DNA of 64,000 bases from Octopus sinensis (lineage: Eukaryota). The stretch is taken from positions 37,014,001-37,078,000 of the forward strand of contig NC_043001.1 of assembly GCF_006345805.1 (NCBI RefSeq). The letters run 5' to 3'. The notes beneath the pieces are model-generated. The model was given only the letters and a program-made list of their open reading frames with translations. It was not told where the DNA came from and searched no databases. The position numbers and the translations under genes were made by a program. Numbering within the stretch: position 1 is the first letter of the stretch; each line of letters opens with the position of its first letter. Positions 13,278-25,439 of this stretch are shown here, in pieces.

Positions 13278-13712
13278 AGCGTAGGAGTGGCTGCGTAGTA
13301 AGTAGCTTGCTTACCAACCACATGATTCCGGGTTCAGTCCCACTGCGTGGCATCTTGGGCAAGTGTCTTCTACTATAGCCTCGGGCCGACCAAAGCCTTG
13401 TGAGTGGATTTGGTAGACGGAAACTGAAAGAAACCCGTCGTATATATGTATATACATACATATATATATGCATGTGTGTGTGTGTATGTTTGTGTGTCTG
13501 TGTTTGTCCCCCCAAACATCGCTTGACAACCGATGCTGGTGTGTTTACGTCTCCGCAACTTAGCGGTTCGGCAAAAGAGACCGATAGAATAAGTACTAGG
13601 CTTACAAAGAATAAGTCCTGGAGTCGATTTGCTCGACTAAAGGCGGTGCTCCAGCATGGTCACAGTCAAATGACTGAAACAAGTAAAAGAGCAAAAAGAG
13701 AGAGAGTAAAGA
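13278..13712 (+). mobile_element. SINE family B, near full length
   Basis: Box A/B-like head (GGCTGCGTAGTAAG...GGGTTCAGTCCC), internal TA/TG tract and tail ending CAGTCAAATGACTGAAACAAGTAAAAGA. Confidence 0.85.
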
Positions 13713-14258
13713 ATTCTTGAATTGAAGGCAGCAAGTTGGCAGAATCGTTAGAACATCGGACAAAATGCTGATCGGCGTTTCTTCTGGTTTTATATCTTGA
13801 ACTGAAATGCTACTGGGGTTGACTTTGCCTTTCATCCTTTCGATTGAATAAAGTACCTCGACACTATCGGTTCCCGGTGATGTTTACTTCGTGAGGGAAC
13901 TAACATAATGTGTTTAATAAGCAACGAACTTAAGGTACAATAGAGACAAGCAAACAGAAATATCTTGTCGAAATTATTTTCCTTAGAGCGTTAAACAACT
14001 TTGCAGTACTTCATTTTGTTCTTTACTTTCTAAAAGCACAGGAAGATGTGACAAACAATCATGTGTCTAGTCGATAAGATGACGTCATGTAAAAACACCC
14101 AATGTAAAGCAAAAGAAATCGTCTTTGTGTTCTCCCACGGAAATTCCCCGACAGGTATATAGCGCTTATCAAAGAAAGTCACAAGGGTCGTTCGTCGACT
14201 AGAAAACCGAGCTATGTTCAATCAATGGGATGTGCATATATATATATATCTGGAGGAA

Positions 14259-14329
14259 GAAAAGAAGAAGAAGAAGAAGAAGAAGAAGAAGAAGAAGAAG
14301 AAGAAGAAGAAGAAGAAGAGAAGAAGAAG

Positions 14330-14359
<30 letters not shown>
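14259..14359. repeat. (GAA)n microsatellite
   Basis: Visible directly. Confidence 0.95.
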
Positions 14360-14362
<3 letters not shown>

Positions 14363-15637
14363 ATGAACTATTCCTTTCTTATTACAGTTAAATAATTTCA
14401 AAGTACGTTACTGCAATCAACTTATTTCAAGATACTTTATTACATATTCAAAAAATATCATAACTAAAATACATTACAACAAGCAAACCCTTTCAAGATT
14501 ATGTATTTATTCCAAAGTACATTTTCACATTCAAATTATTTCAAATTACATCATTAAGCATTTCAAAGTACATAATTGTATAAAACAGCATAATGTTTCA
14601 CAGTACATAATTACAAACCGGTTTCACTCCCTGTAATTGATTTTCACAACAGTGCACGTGTGTAATGGATAGCTACTACTCTTCATTTAATATTTAGCGT
14701 GTCTACTGGAAGTAGATAACAAGGTAACAAGGGAGATAATATGTACGTTAGAATTCAGCAGATATGTAAATTTTGGTACTTTAACTATTCAGAAAGAAAG
14801 ATGTTGAAAACTTATGTAAATATTGATAAATAAACTTTAAAATTAGGTCAGTAATTGGTTAACAATTTTACTATAAAAAAATATATTTTTGTGGATTCTT
14901 CGTTGTTCTGTCATATTTTATGTGCATTGATATCAGGAGAAAAGTTTAAAATTTGCTTGCCGAGTTCCTGCACGTCTATCTAATTGCTCACTATGTTGAA
15001 TATTTATAGAACTCAGGTTACGAAATTGTTACCAGTTGACCGACATTCGTTTTCTAAATGAGATGCTTGTTTGACAAGTTTTCTGGTAGATATGTAGGGT
15101 TATCTTTTTTTTTTAAATTACCTATTAAAAAATGGGCAGAACTCAAAGCCTTCGGATATATTAATGCAAATTCGACAATTCGATCTGCAGCATATTTTTA
15201 ACTGTCGGGTTATATATCAGGTAATTTTGCAGTTGTTGAAAATATGAATGTGACTTGAATGTGATTTTGCTTTTAATTATTTTTCTATTTTCCTAAAATT
15301 CTCCTCATTTTTGGAGTTACGTTTTATCAGAGGTAGATTTTAATTAATTCGTAGGGTTCTGGATTGAATCGTACGGTAGAACATTCGCTTCTGATGTTAT
15401 TTTTACATCTCTTAAATAACTGATACCAATTACGTCCGTTATTTCTATTGCATTGTTAACATCTTGTTAGCATGGATAACATTTTTCAAACATAATAACT
15501 TTTATTTACTTTAGTGTTTTCTTCCGGGTATTGGCATTTGACAAAATATTGCATGTTCTATTAGCCAGACTGTATGGAGCACTCGCTCTCGTATGTTTTG
15601 ATTGTCATGAAATAGAAAGTAAATATTGTCCCGTGAT

Positions 15638-15766
<129 letters not shown>

Positions 15767-16408
15767 ACGAGACAATACTTCATCTTTGAACTTCTGAGCA
15801 TTAAGCTCTGAAATGTATGATCTCTACACTGATGACGGAATTTCGTCTCATCCTATGTTAAATGCATCCATACGGCCGAATTTTGTGATGAACAAAATCT
15901 ACCAATATCATTATGGATCACCGAGCCCCCCGAAACAGTTGTTGGACTTATAAGACCTTTCTTACACTCTTTTAATTTTCTCAGTTGTTTGTACTCTGTT
16001 GTACCTATTTATATTTATATAAATATCTATATATTTATGCATATAAATTCCTCATCTGAAAGTTTGCACCTTTTGCTTTCTCTCGTTCTGCGTGTATACA
16101 TATACACATATTTTGTATTTGATTGTTTTAATATATTTGAAGCGTCTAATTTGTCTGGAGATAATGAGGAAGGAAGGGAGAGAGAAATCAATGTTCTTAA
16201 TAGTCTGTCATATCGCGTATGATATGCACAAGCCTGGGCCAAAAGCTGGCGATGCGTGGAAGTCTCCTTTCTATATACCACTGATGTTGTCCAAAGAGCA
16301 GCTTAACAGCTGTCGCAGGAGTTATCTTAATAATGCAGAGAGGTGAGATGGATAACACAAGTCATCATGTCCGCCTTTCTAACATATATATATATATATA
16401 TATATATG

Positions 16409-16956
16409 TTCTATAACCACAAAAATTAGGGATAAAATTCGACAAGAACGAAATGAACCTAGCTGTTCTTTCTAATGCGTTGAATTCCACGAGTGGATTC
16501 CTTATGTGTTTAAATGTACACTATATATTAAGACTAATTCATAGTCTTTTGGGACTAAATTTTTACACGTTAGGCCACTAGAGGTGAAAATTTTGATTAA
16601 TTTTCCATTTCCCTTTGATATGTTTAAGTATCATAAGTTTTTTTGGGGGGGATAATTTTCGATTTTAAAAGTTGGCATTTTTATTATTGTCGGCGAAGGG
16701 CTGCGTTTGCGCAGTAGATTTTGAAAAATTAGGATATATAAACGGGAGGCATATAGTTTGATTGCCTCCTTGTGTATATATTTAACCCAAGGTATACCTG
16801 TTGAGGACGATTTCACCTCGTGAGCAAATATTATTTATTTGCTTGCTAAACTAAAATCAAAAACCAATTGGTCCAGGAAACTTGATGGTAAAATGTTTTT
16901 ATTTTTTCATTTCGTTCCTGTCGAATTTTATCCCTTTTTTTTTCGTGGTTATAGAA
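16409..16956. mobile_element. Non-autonomous TIR element (about 48-bp TIRs), superfamily unassigned
   Basis: TTCTATAACCAC...GAACGAAATGA (16409-16456) is the near-exact reverse complement of 16907-16956. Confidence 0.65.
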
Positions 16957-17019
16957 CCTAGCTGTTCTTTCTAACGTGTTGAATTCCACGAGTGGATTCC
17001 TTATGTGTTTAAATGTACA

Positions 17020-17060
17020 CTATATATACACACACATATATATATATATATATATACACA

Positions 17061-17127
<67 letters not shown>

Positions 17128-17303
17128 TATATATATATATTATATATATATATATATATACATGCATATATACACATATATACACGTATATTTATACATA
17201 TATATACATATATATGCATATATACATATATATGCATATATATACATATAGAGATACATACACATATATATACATATATATATATACATATATAAATACA
17301 TAT

Positions 17304-17358
<55 letters not shown>

Positions 17359-17623
17359 ATATATATATATATACATATATATGCATATATTTATACATAT
17401 ATATATACATACATATATATGCATATATATACATATATATATATACATATATATAATATATATACATGCATATATACACATATATACACGTATATTTATA
17501 CATATATATACATATACATATGCATATATACATATATGCATATATATACATATAGAGATACATACACATATATATACATATATATATATACATATATAAT
17601 ATACATATATATATATATAATAT

Positions 17624-17655
<32 letters not shown>

Positions 17656-17998
17656 ATATATATATATATATTATATATACATATATATGCATATATTATA
17701 CATATATATACATACATATATATGCATATATATACATATATATATATACATACATATATATATATACATATATATATACAAGTATATATACATGCACCAA
17801 ATAGCAGTTGCTAGAAAGCCTCCATGAAGTGAAACCAAGTAGCAACACCAAATGGTGGTGCCCCAGCATGGCCACAGCTCATAAGCTGAAACTAGAATCA
17901 ATCAATCAATCAATCATATATACACGTATATTTACATATATATATACACGTATATTTATATATATATACATATATATGCATATATACATGTATAATAC

Positions 17999-18097
<99 letters not shown>

Positions 18098-18102
18098 CAT
18101 AC

Positions 18103-18176
<74 letters not shown>

Positions 18177-18200
18177 TTATATATACAATATATATACGTA
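17020..18200. repeat. Large compound (TA)n/(TACA)n low-complexity array with a retroelement tail fragment at about 17795-17915
   Basis: Visible directly; source of the many IY-repeat ORFs. Confidence 0.95.
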
Positions 18201-19314
18201 TAGAAGATAAATTCTTTTTTACTTCAAAATTTTATAAAGTTTTCTTGATATTTAAAAATATTGTCATGAATCTGGATATTATATTTTTCTTTTTTTCATA
18301 CCATTTTGTTTATTATAACAGGCATATTAAGCAAAAGCTGTTAATTTAATGCTCACTTTCTAATACAAAGATAACTCAAGCAATGCAGATTGAGTAATTT
18401 CTCTTAATAATTGAGTATCACACCAGATATTTCACTGGATCAAGTTGTGCGGTTAGTATTAATAAAATAAATGTCTGTAAATTAATTCATATATTAGTGA
18501 AAAATGTTATCCAAAAGAAATTTGAATGAACGTAAGCAACGTGCACAAAGATTTTCTGGGACCTACTTCAAGTTGATAAAGCAAATATACTAGTCAGGCA
18601 CTAGAGTCAGGTGAATTGAGTAAAGTTTTGAGCCATGTACTTATGTTAGAATTTATCCGCTATATCAAGAAATTACTTATGAAGGAAAATGAAGCTCTCC
18701 CATATATATATATATATTTTTTTTTTTTTAGCAGCTATACCCCTTTTGGCGTTAAGGAGGCTGGGGATGATGTTTAAAATTTTGAGATAGTGTTCGCTAT
18801 TAAACCACGAAAATTCCTGGTGGTGTTATTCAACTTGGCGTTTGATTAAATCCACCACCTGAGGGGTATGATACATCACGGGCAGTTTGCGTCTAAGAAC
18901 TTCCACTCAAAATGTTTTTGTATACTTGAATCTACGGTAGAAGACGCTAGACCACTTACTGTGCAGTGGAATCGAACCTTGATCGCATTTTGGGGTGAAC
19001 TTCTCAGTCACTGGTTCCGAGTTTGCAGTCCTATTAGGCCAAAACTTATCCCTGCTTCTATGATAAAGCTCAGAGTAAAGGACTTACCTTTGAACGGTAC
19101 GACACTGGGTCGCACTGTTAACTCACACATTGACTGTTTCTGTTTCAAATTTTCAGGTGAGTGAACTGAATCAAGGAAGTATGAAGTACCTTGCTGAAGG
19201 ACACAACGCGTCGCCTATTTCCGGAATCGAATCCACAGGCAAATAATCGTCGGACACTACGTCACGCATGATCACGCATTCATGCTTAACATACAGCATG
19301 AGTTATCTCCCTTG

Positions 19315-19350
<36 letters not shown>

Positions 19351-19352
<2 letters not shown>

Positions 19353-19665
19353 TATTAGAAGAAATGAGGTAATCAGAAGATCGGATGGTTCATATTTACA
19401 GATATTTATTTATATATTACATTTTTTACATATATATATCATATCATTCAGATCATTAGCGCTTTCTCCCATTCTAGTGGGGTTTTCAAATCAAAATATT
19501 TTGATTTGAAAACCCCACTAGAATGGGAGAAAGCGCTAATGATATGATTATATATGTAAAAAATGTAATATATAAATAAATATCTGTAAATATGAACCAT
19601 CCGATCTTCTGATTACCTCATTTCTTCTAATATATAATACCTGTACATCATCTCCAAACCTTCCA

Positions 19666-19666
<1 letters not shown>
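19351..19666. mobile_element. About 280-bp palindromic element plus 29-bp unique tail; each arm carries a minimal hammerhead-like motif (probable Penelope LTR derivative)
   Basis: Arms 19351-19496 and 19497-19634 are near-perfect reverse complements centred on CAAAATATTTTG; flanked by (TA)n; a second copy lies at 23635-23945. Confidence 0.75.
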
Positions 19667-19734
<68 letters not shown>

Positions 19735-20359
19735 GGATAGATATATCACATGTACATACGCGCTTACGAGAGAGCCAACGCAAAACATTAAAATATACAA
19801 TAAAGTACTGGCTATCAAATTTCATGAGGTCAAATTTATTTTATCTTTTATACATAGAGCAGTTGTTTGCTCTCATTTACAGAAACGGTTAAAGCTAACG
19901 TAAGCGACTTGAAAAATGTTATTACACCTAAAAAAAAACTTTTTAAAGGGAGGTAACTCTACAAATATTTTTCGTAGTTATTGTTCTTGCTAACAATAGC
20001 ACACAAACGAGACGTTGAGGCTTAATTTTTTTCAAGTCACTAGAAGTAGGGCAGCATCTATGACCTTTTTGCTGGATTCATGAGACTTTTGGATGAGAGG
20101 TGTGCTGTTATCATCAAACGTAGAAGTCTGGTTAGAATACTTGCAACATTAGATACCTCTGAAAGCATCCAAGAGACAGAGTAGTGCTAAACTGAGCAAC
20201 AGATTATCTTTCACCATTTACATTTTTTCAGCCATTGGACTACGACTATGTTGGGACACCACCTTGACGGATTTTAATCCTGGTACTTACTCTATCGTTC
20301 GTTTTTTGCCGAACCGCTACATTACAGGGATATAAACAAACTGACACCAGTTGTCAATC

Positions 20360-20617
20360 TGTGAGTGTTCGCAGACAAAGAAACAGATACACACATTCTT
20401 TTATTCTTTTATTTGTTTCAGTCATTTGTCTGCGGCCATGCTGCAGCACCGCCTTTAGTCGAGAAAATCGACCCCAGGACTTATTCTTTGTAAGCCTAGT
20501 ACTTATTCTATCGGTCTCTTTTGCCGAACAGCTAAGTTACGGGGTCGTAAACATACCAGCATCATTTCTCGAGCGATGTTGGGTGGACAAACACAGACAC
20601 ACAAACATATTCATATG

Positions 20618-20664
<47 letters not shown>

Positions 20665-21400
20665 ATATATATTATACGACGGGCTTCATTCAGTTTCCGT
20701 CTACCAAATCTACACACAAGGCTTTGGTCGGCCCGAGGCTATAGTAGAAGACATTTGCCCAAGGGGCCACGTAATGGGACTGAACCCAGGACCATGTGGT
20801 TGGTAAGCAAGCTACTTGGAACACAGCCACTCCTGCACCTATATATATATATATCATCATCATCATCGTTTAACGTCCGATTTCCATGCTGGCATGGGTT
20901 GGACAGTTTGACTGAGGACTGGTGAGCCAGAATGCTGCACCAGGCTCAATCTGATCTGGCAAAGTTTCTACAGTTGGATGCCCTTCCTAACACCAACCAC
21001 TCCGAGAGTGTAGTGGATGCTTTTACGTTCCACCGGTACGAGGGACAGTCTGGCGGTTCTGGCAACGACCACGCTCAAAAGGCGTTTTTACGTGCTACCT
21101 GCACGGGAGCCAGTCCGGCAGCACTGACAACGACCTTGCTCGAATGTTGTTTTTCACGTGCCACCGGCACATGTGCCGGTAAGGCGACGATCACGCTCGA
21201 ATGGTGCTTTTCACGGGTCAAGTGCACGGGAGCCATCCGTGGCCCTGGTAACGATCACGCTCGGATATGCTTTTAACGTTTCACTGGCACGAGTGCCAAT
21301 CAGGCGGTACTGTCATCGGTCACGTCAGCAATTTTGATTTGTTTACACTCGCTTCAATAGGTCTTCGCAAGCAAAGTTCATTGTCCAATGAATAAGGAGT
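20360..21400 (-). mobile_element. SINE family B copy followed by a (GAT)n-tailed SINE family C copy with internal tandem units
   Basis: Family B matches 11678-12072; family C starts CATCATCATCGTTTAACGTCC as at 9775 and 28992. Confidence 0.8.
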
Positions 21401-23450
21401 ACTTGGTCACCTAGGTAACAGAAGCTGTCACCTACTTGTTGTTTTTCTGGACTGTGACAGAAGCTGTTCTCTGCACAATTTTAAAGTTTATTGCTCCTAA
21501 GCATTTACCACATACAAAAACTATCTTCCCAGTTAGCCTTTCTTTGATATTGCTGCGCCTCTTATGTGTCCATAGCTTACAGAGGGTACATCATATGGAG
21601 TTTCTCGCTACGTCTTTTCTACAGAATGAGCAAGACCATCTACCCGAAGGGATTTGTGGTTTGCCTTCCTACTTATTAAGACTTTGATTTTAGCTAGGAT
21701 GACTCTAAGGCCTTTCGATTCTAATCTTTACTTCCACACCTGAAACTTTTCCTCTAATTCTGATAGTGACTCAACAATTAGAGCAAGGTCATCAGCATAG
21801 AGGAGCTCCCAGATGCATCATGTCTTGAATTCCTGTTAATGCTTGGAGGACTATGATGAATAAGAGGGGGCTGAGGACTGATCCTTGGTGGACCCATACC
21901 CCTACACGAAATTTTGCACTGTACTCGTTGTCAACCCTCACCTTACTGACAGCATCCCAGTACATAGCTTGCACAGCTCTCACTAACCATTCATCTATCC
22001 CTAGTTTCCTCATTGACCACCAGATAAGGGATCGTGCGACCTTGTCAAAGGCATTCTCCACGTCAACGAAAGCCAGGTACAGAGGTTTATCTTTGGCTAG
22101 GTATTTCTCTTGCAGCTGTCTTACCAGAAATATAGCATCAGTGGTGCTTTTCCCTGGCACGAACCCAAACTGCATCTTATCTAAACTGACTCTCTCCCTA
22201 ATTAGTTGGGCTATGACCCTCTCCGTGACCTTCATTACCTGATCCAACAACTTGATACCTCTATAATTATTTGTATCTAAAGCGTCACCTTTACTTTTGT
22301 AGCAGTTGACTATCGTGCTGCTACACCAGTCATTGGGTATGACTCCTTCATGTATCACCAGGTTAACTATACGGATGACTATAGCTAACACAGACAGATA
22401 TTTTGAGCATCTCTGCAGTGATTCCTGATGGACCGGGGGCTTTCCCTGTCTTCATACCATTTATTGCTTTATCTACCAAGGTACTGTCAATTCGGATAGC
22501 TGGTCCCTCTGTTGGCCGACATTCGGCACACTCTCTTTAATGCAAGTGAACAATCATCCATGCGAACACATTTCTCTCCTACATTACGATTCTCTCTCAC
22601 ACAGTCTTGCAACACAAAATACCTCGAGGCTTTGGTCCTCACGGCGCAGAACATTGGCAATTTTTTTCTTATCTGATTCCCCTCCGGCTAAATAAATCTG
22701 TCTCTTAGCTTCCCTGCTACCACCATTCTTCCAGTCCTTCCAAGCCTGTTTCTTTTCCCTGTCAACAACATTGTTCCGCCACCACGTTATTTTGGGTCAA
22801 GAGGGGACTTTGCACCATTCACAGATCTGGTCAGTAGCCCTCAGTAGGTTGTCCCGTAGAAACCTCCAGTTGTCTTTTACATCATGTGAAGCTATATTCC
22901 CTTCTATTTCGTCAAAGGCTTCGAGTAATATGTCTCTAAATCTCTGTCCATTCGCAGGATCTTTAAGCTTCCAGACTCTTCTCCATGCTGGTCGTCTTCT
23001 GTGCATCCACTTAGCCCTGATCCTAAAGTTACTAACTACCAGTCTATGTTGTGGGGTACATTCTTCACCTCGGAAGGTTTTGTCATTTATAAGCAGCCAT
23101 CTTTCCCTTTTCCCGGTGAGGATGTAGTCAATTTGGTTAGTGTGTCTGCCAGAATTGTAGGTGACTGGCTGGTTTCCTGAAGTTAGTATTGCAAACCAAA
23201 TGATCATTTGCATCGCAGAACTCCAGCAGCCTGGTTCCCTCCTCATTGCGGGAAGCAAAACCATAGCCTCCATGTACGCCATAGTATCCCCCTGCATATT
23301 GTCCAACATGTCCATTGAAGTCACCAGCCACAAAGAGACGGTCCTTGTCATTCGTCAACGAGGTAGTCTGCAAAAGGGTGTCATAAAGTCAGTCTTTCTG
23401 TCCATCAGGTAGCCCCGGCTGAGGAGCAAAGGCCGGCTGCTAACCCATTA
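21400..23450 (-). mobile_element. Decayed RTE-clade LINE (endonuclease and reverse transcriptase)
   Basis: ORF 21792..22391 has YKSKGDALDTNNYRGIKLL, QFGFVPGKSTTDAIF, LAFVDVENAFDKV and HQGSVLSPLLF; ORFs 22797..23373 have GDFNGHVG and QIDYIL...QHRLVV. Confidence 0.92.
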
Positions 23451-23634
23451 TGTAGCACTAATCTAATCTTAAGTAATCTATCGCATACTCTGACTACCTC
23501 GATTACCTTATCCACCGATTTCTCCGCAAGAAGTATACCCACGCCCCGACCCCGTCAGTGTTCCCTGTCCAGAAAATCTTGTACCTGTGTTGTTTGCCTG
23601 TGAGGAACCTAGCAGATATATATATATATATATA

Positions 23635-23945
23635 TTGGAAGGTTTGGAGATGATGTACAGGTATTTTATATTAGAAGAAATTAAGTACTCAGAAATTCGA
23701 ATGGTTTTATATTTACAGATAGTTGTTTGTATATTACATGTTATTATACAGCATATAACTTAGATCATATATTAGCACTTTCTCCCATTCTAGTGGGGTT
23801 TTAGTTCGATTTGAAAACCCCACTAGAATGGGAGAACGCACTAATATATGATCTAAGTTATATGATGTATAAAAACATGTAATATAAAAATAAATATCTG
23901 TAAATATAAAACCATCCGAATTTCTGAGTACCTCATTTCTTATAT
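23635..23945. mobile_element. Second, diverged copy of the palindromic element, inverted relative to 19351-19666
   Basis: Tail TTGGAAGGTTTGGAGATGATGTACAGGTA (23635-23663) is the exact reverse complement of 19638-19666; same CTCCCATTCTAGTGGGGTTTT core; centre about 23805. Confidence 0.75.
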
Positions 23946-23959
23946 ATATATAATGGATT

Positions 23960-24720
23960 CACCCATCGGTTCCGACATATGACGATCCAGCCTACTCTTT
24001 CTTTGTCAGTCATATTGCTTATGTCGAATGTAACATTTAAGTCCCGCCAACGATTTGCAACAAAGCCCACAGATCCTGCAAGTATGAGGATTAGAGGTCA
24101 GTGCAGGTTTTATATTTGCAGCTGCTTTTCTCCTTTGCCTTGCACCACAAAGCTTGTTAATGCTGGTTGCAACAAGGCTTCTATTACCATTTTGACACAA
24201 CAGTCTCCATTTTCTTCACTCAAAGGTGTTGTGAGCTACCTTCATTGCTAAGAAGTTACCCTTCAGCTTTTACTTATATCTGAGCCATGGTCGACCAGCA
24301 TTCCTGTGCCCACTATCAAGCTAGTTGTACATGAGGACTTTGAGTATTCTTTTGTCACTCAGTCTGGCGACATGGCCAGCCCAGCACAATTGTGATTGCA
24401 TAAGGAAGCACTTGATTCCATCAATCTCACACTTGCAAAACAGCCTTTTAATGAATAACCACAGATTGTCCTCAGACAGCCTTTGTGAGAGATGTCTAGT
24501 TGGTTAATGCGTCGTCTAAAGGGATCCATGATTCCAAGCCATACAAGAGAGTAGAAAGAATGGCAGCTTTATGGACCTGTACTTTGGTGTCAAGTTTGAT
24601 GGCCCTTTCATTCCATAGGTGATGATAGAGTTGGCCAAATGCATTGGTTGCCTTTGCAAGACAGTTGATATCCTCATAAAGGGAAGCGCTCAAATTCACT
24701 TTACTACCAAGATATGTAAA
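23960..24720 (-). mobile_element. 3' fragment of an RTE (BovB-like) LINE
   Basis: KATNAFGQL...IKLDTKVQVHKAAILSTLLYGLESW and a C-terminal HTCRICGLCCKSLAGLKCYIRH finger. Confidence 0.8.
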
Positions 24721-24769
24721 TTACTTCACATAATTTAGGTTATATATATGATCGCCAGACCACCCCCTG

Positions 24770-24965
24770 CCACCTGTGCAGGTGGCACGTAAAAAGCATC
24801 CACTACACTCGCGGAGTGGTTGGCGTTAGGAAGGGCATCCAGCTGTAGAAACACTGCCAGATCAGACTGGAGCCTGGTGCAGCCCTGGCTTCCCAGACTC
24901 CGGTCGAACCGTCCAACGCGTGCTAGCGCGGAAAACGGACGTTAAACGATGATGATGATGATGAT
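24770..24965 (+). mobile_element. SINE family C, 3' part with (GAT)n tail
   Basis: GAGTGGTTGGCGTTAGGAAGGGCATCCAGCTGTAGAAAC...GGACGTTAAACGATGATGATG. Confidence 0.85.
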
Positions 24966-25439
24966 GAAGAGAAATACCTGCTAACTCAGAAGCTCATTAT
25001 ATATCCCTAGCTCCAGAATCAGCTGTGAACTTGGACCTAACGGATGACCAGTTATAGCACTTACATAATGTACATATTCATTTAGATCATCAGTGAACTA
25101 AATCCCTCATATTCTATATATATATATATATATAAATACAAAAATGGGACAAGAATGCAAAACATCCAGACAGTTAGGTGATACAAAAAAAGGGACAACA
25201 AAACATCCAGACAGGCGATAAAAAGAAAACAAGGACAGATCATACGGAGTTTTCTATCCTCAGTCGAGTTCCAGATTATCTTTGCACTATATATATATAC
25301 ACACACACAAACTACGAAAAATCTTCTTCCAAGGAGATTTTATAACTTTTGAAAAAAAGAATTTTTTTTAATCCCTTTTATGCTTAAGAACTATGTTAAG
25401 TAATTTTCACAAAGACTTTCAAATAAATAAATATATATA

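Noticed and set aside
14600-14660. GAAACCGG motif on the minus strand like the hammerhead at 25503
   Set aside because: No proper stem I or stem II; at most a heavily decayed LTR.
15829-15885. CTGATGA followed by a hairpin
   Set aside because: No correctly placed GAAA or stem III, so not a hammerhead.
17001-18203. Many long ORFs rich in I, Y, H, T, M, C and V
   Set aside because: Translations of TA/TACA/TG microsatellites; the same applies to ORFs at 1248, 4020-4604, 10929 and 15511-15811.
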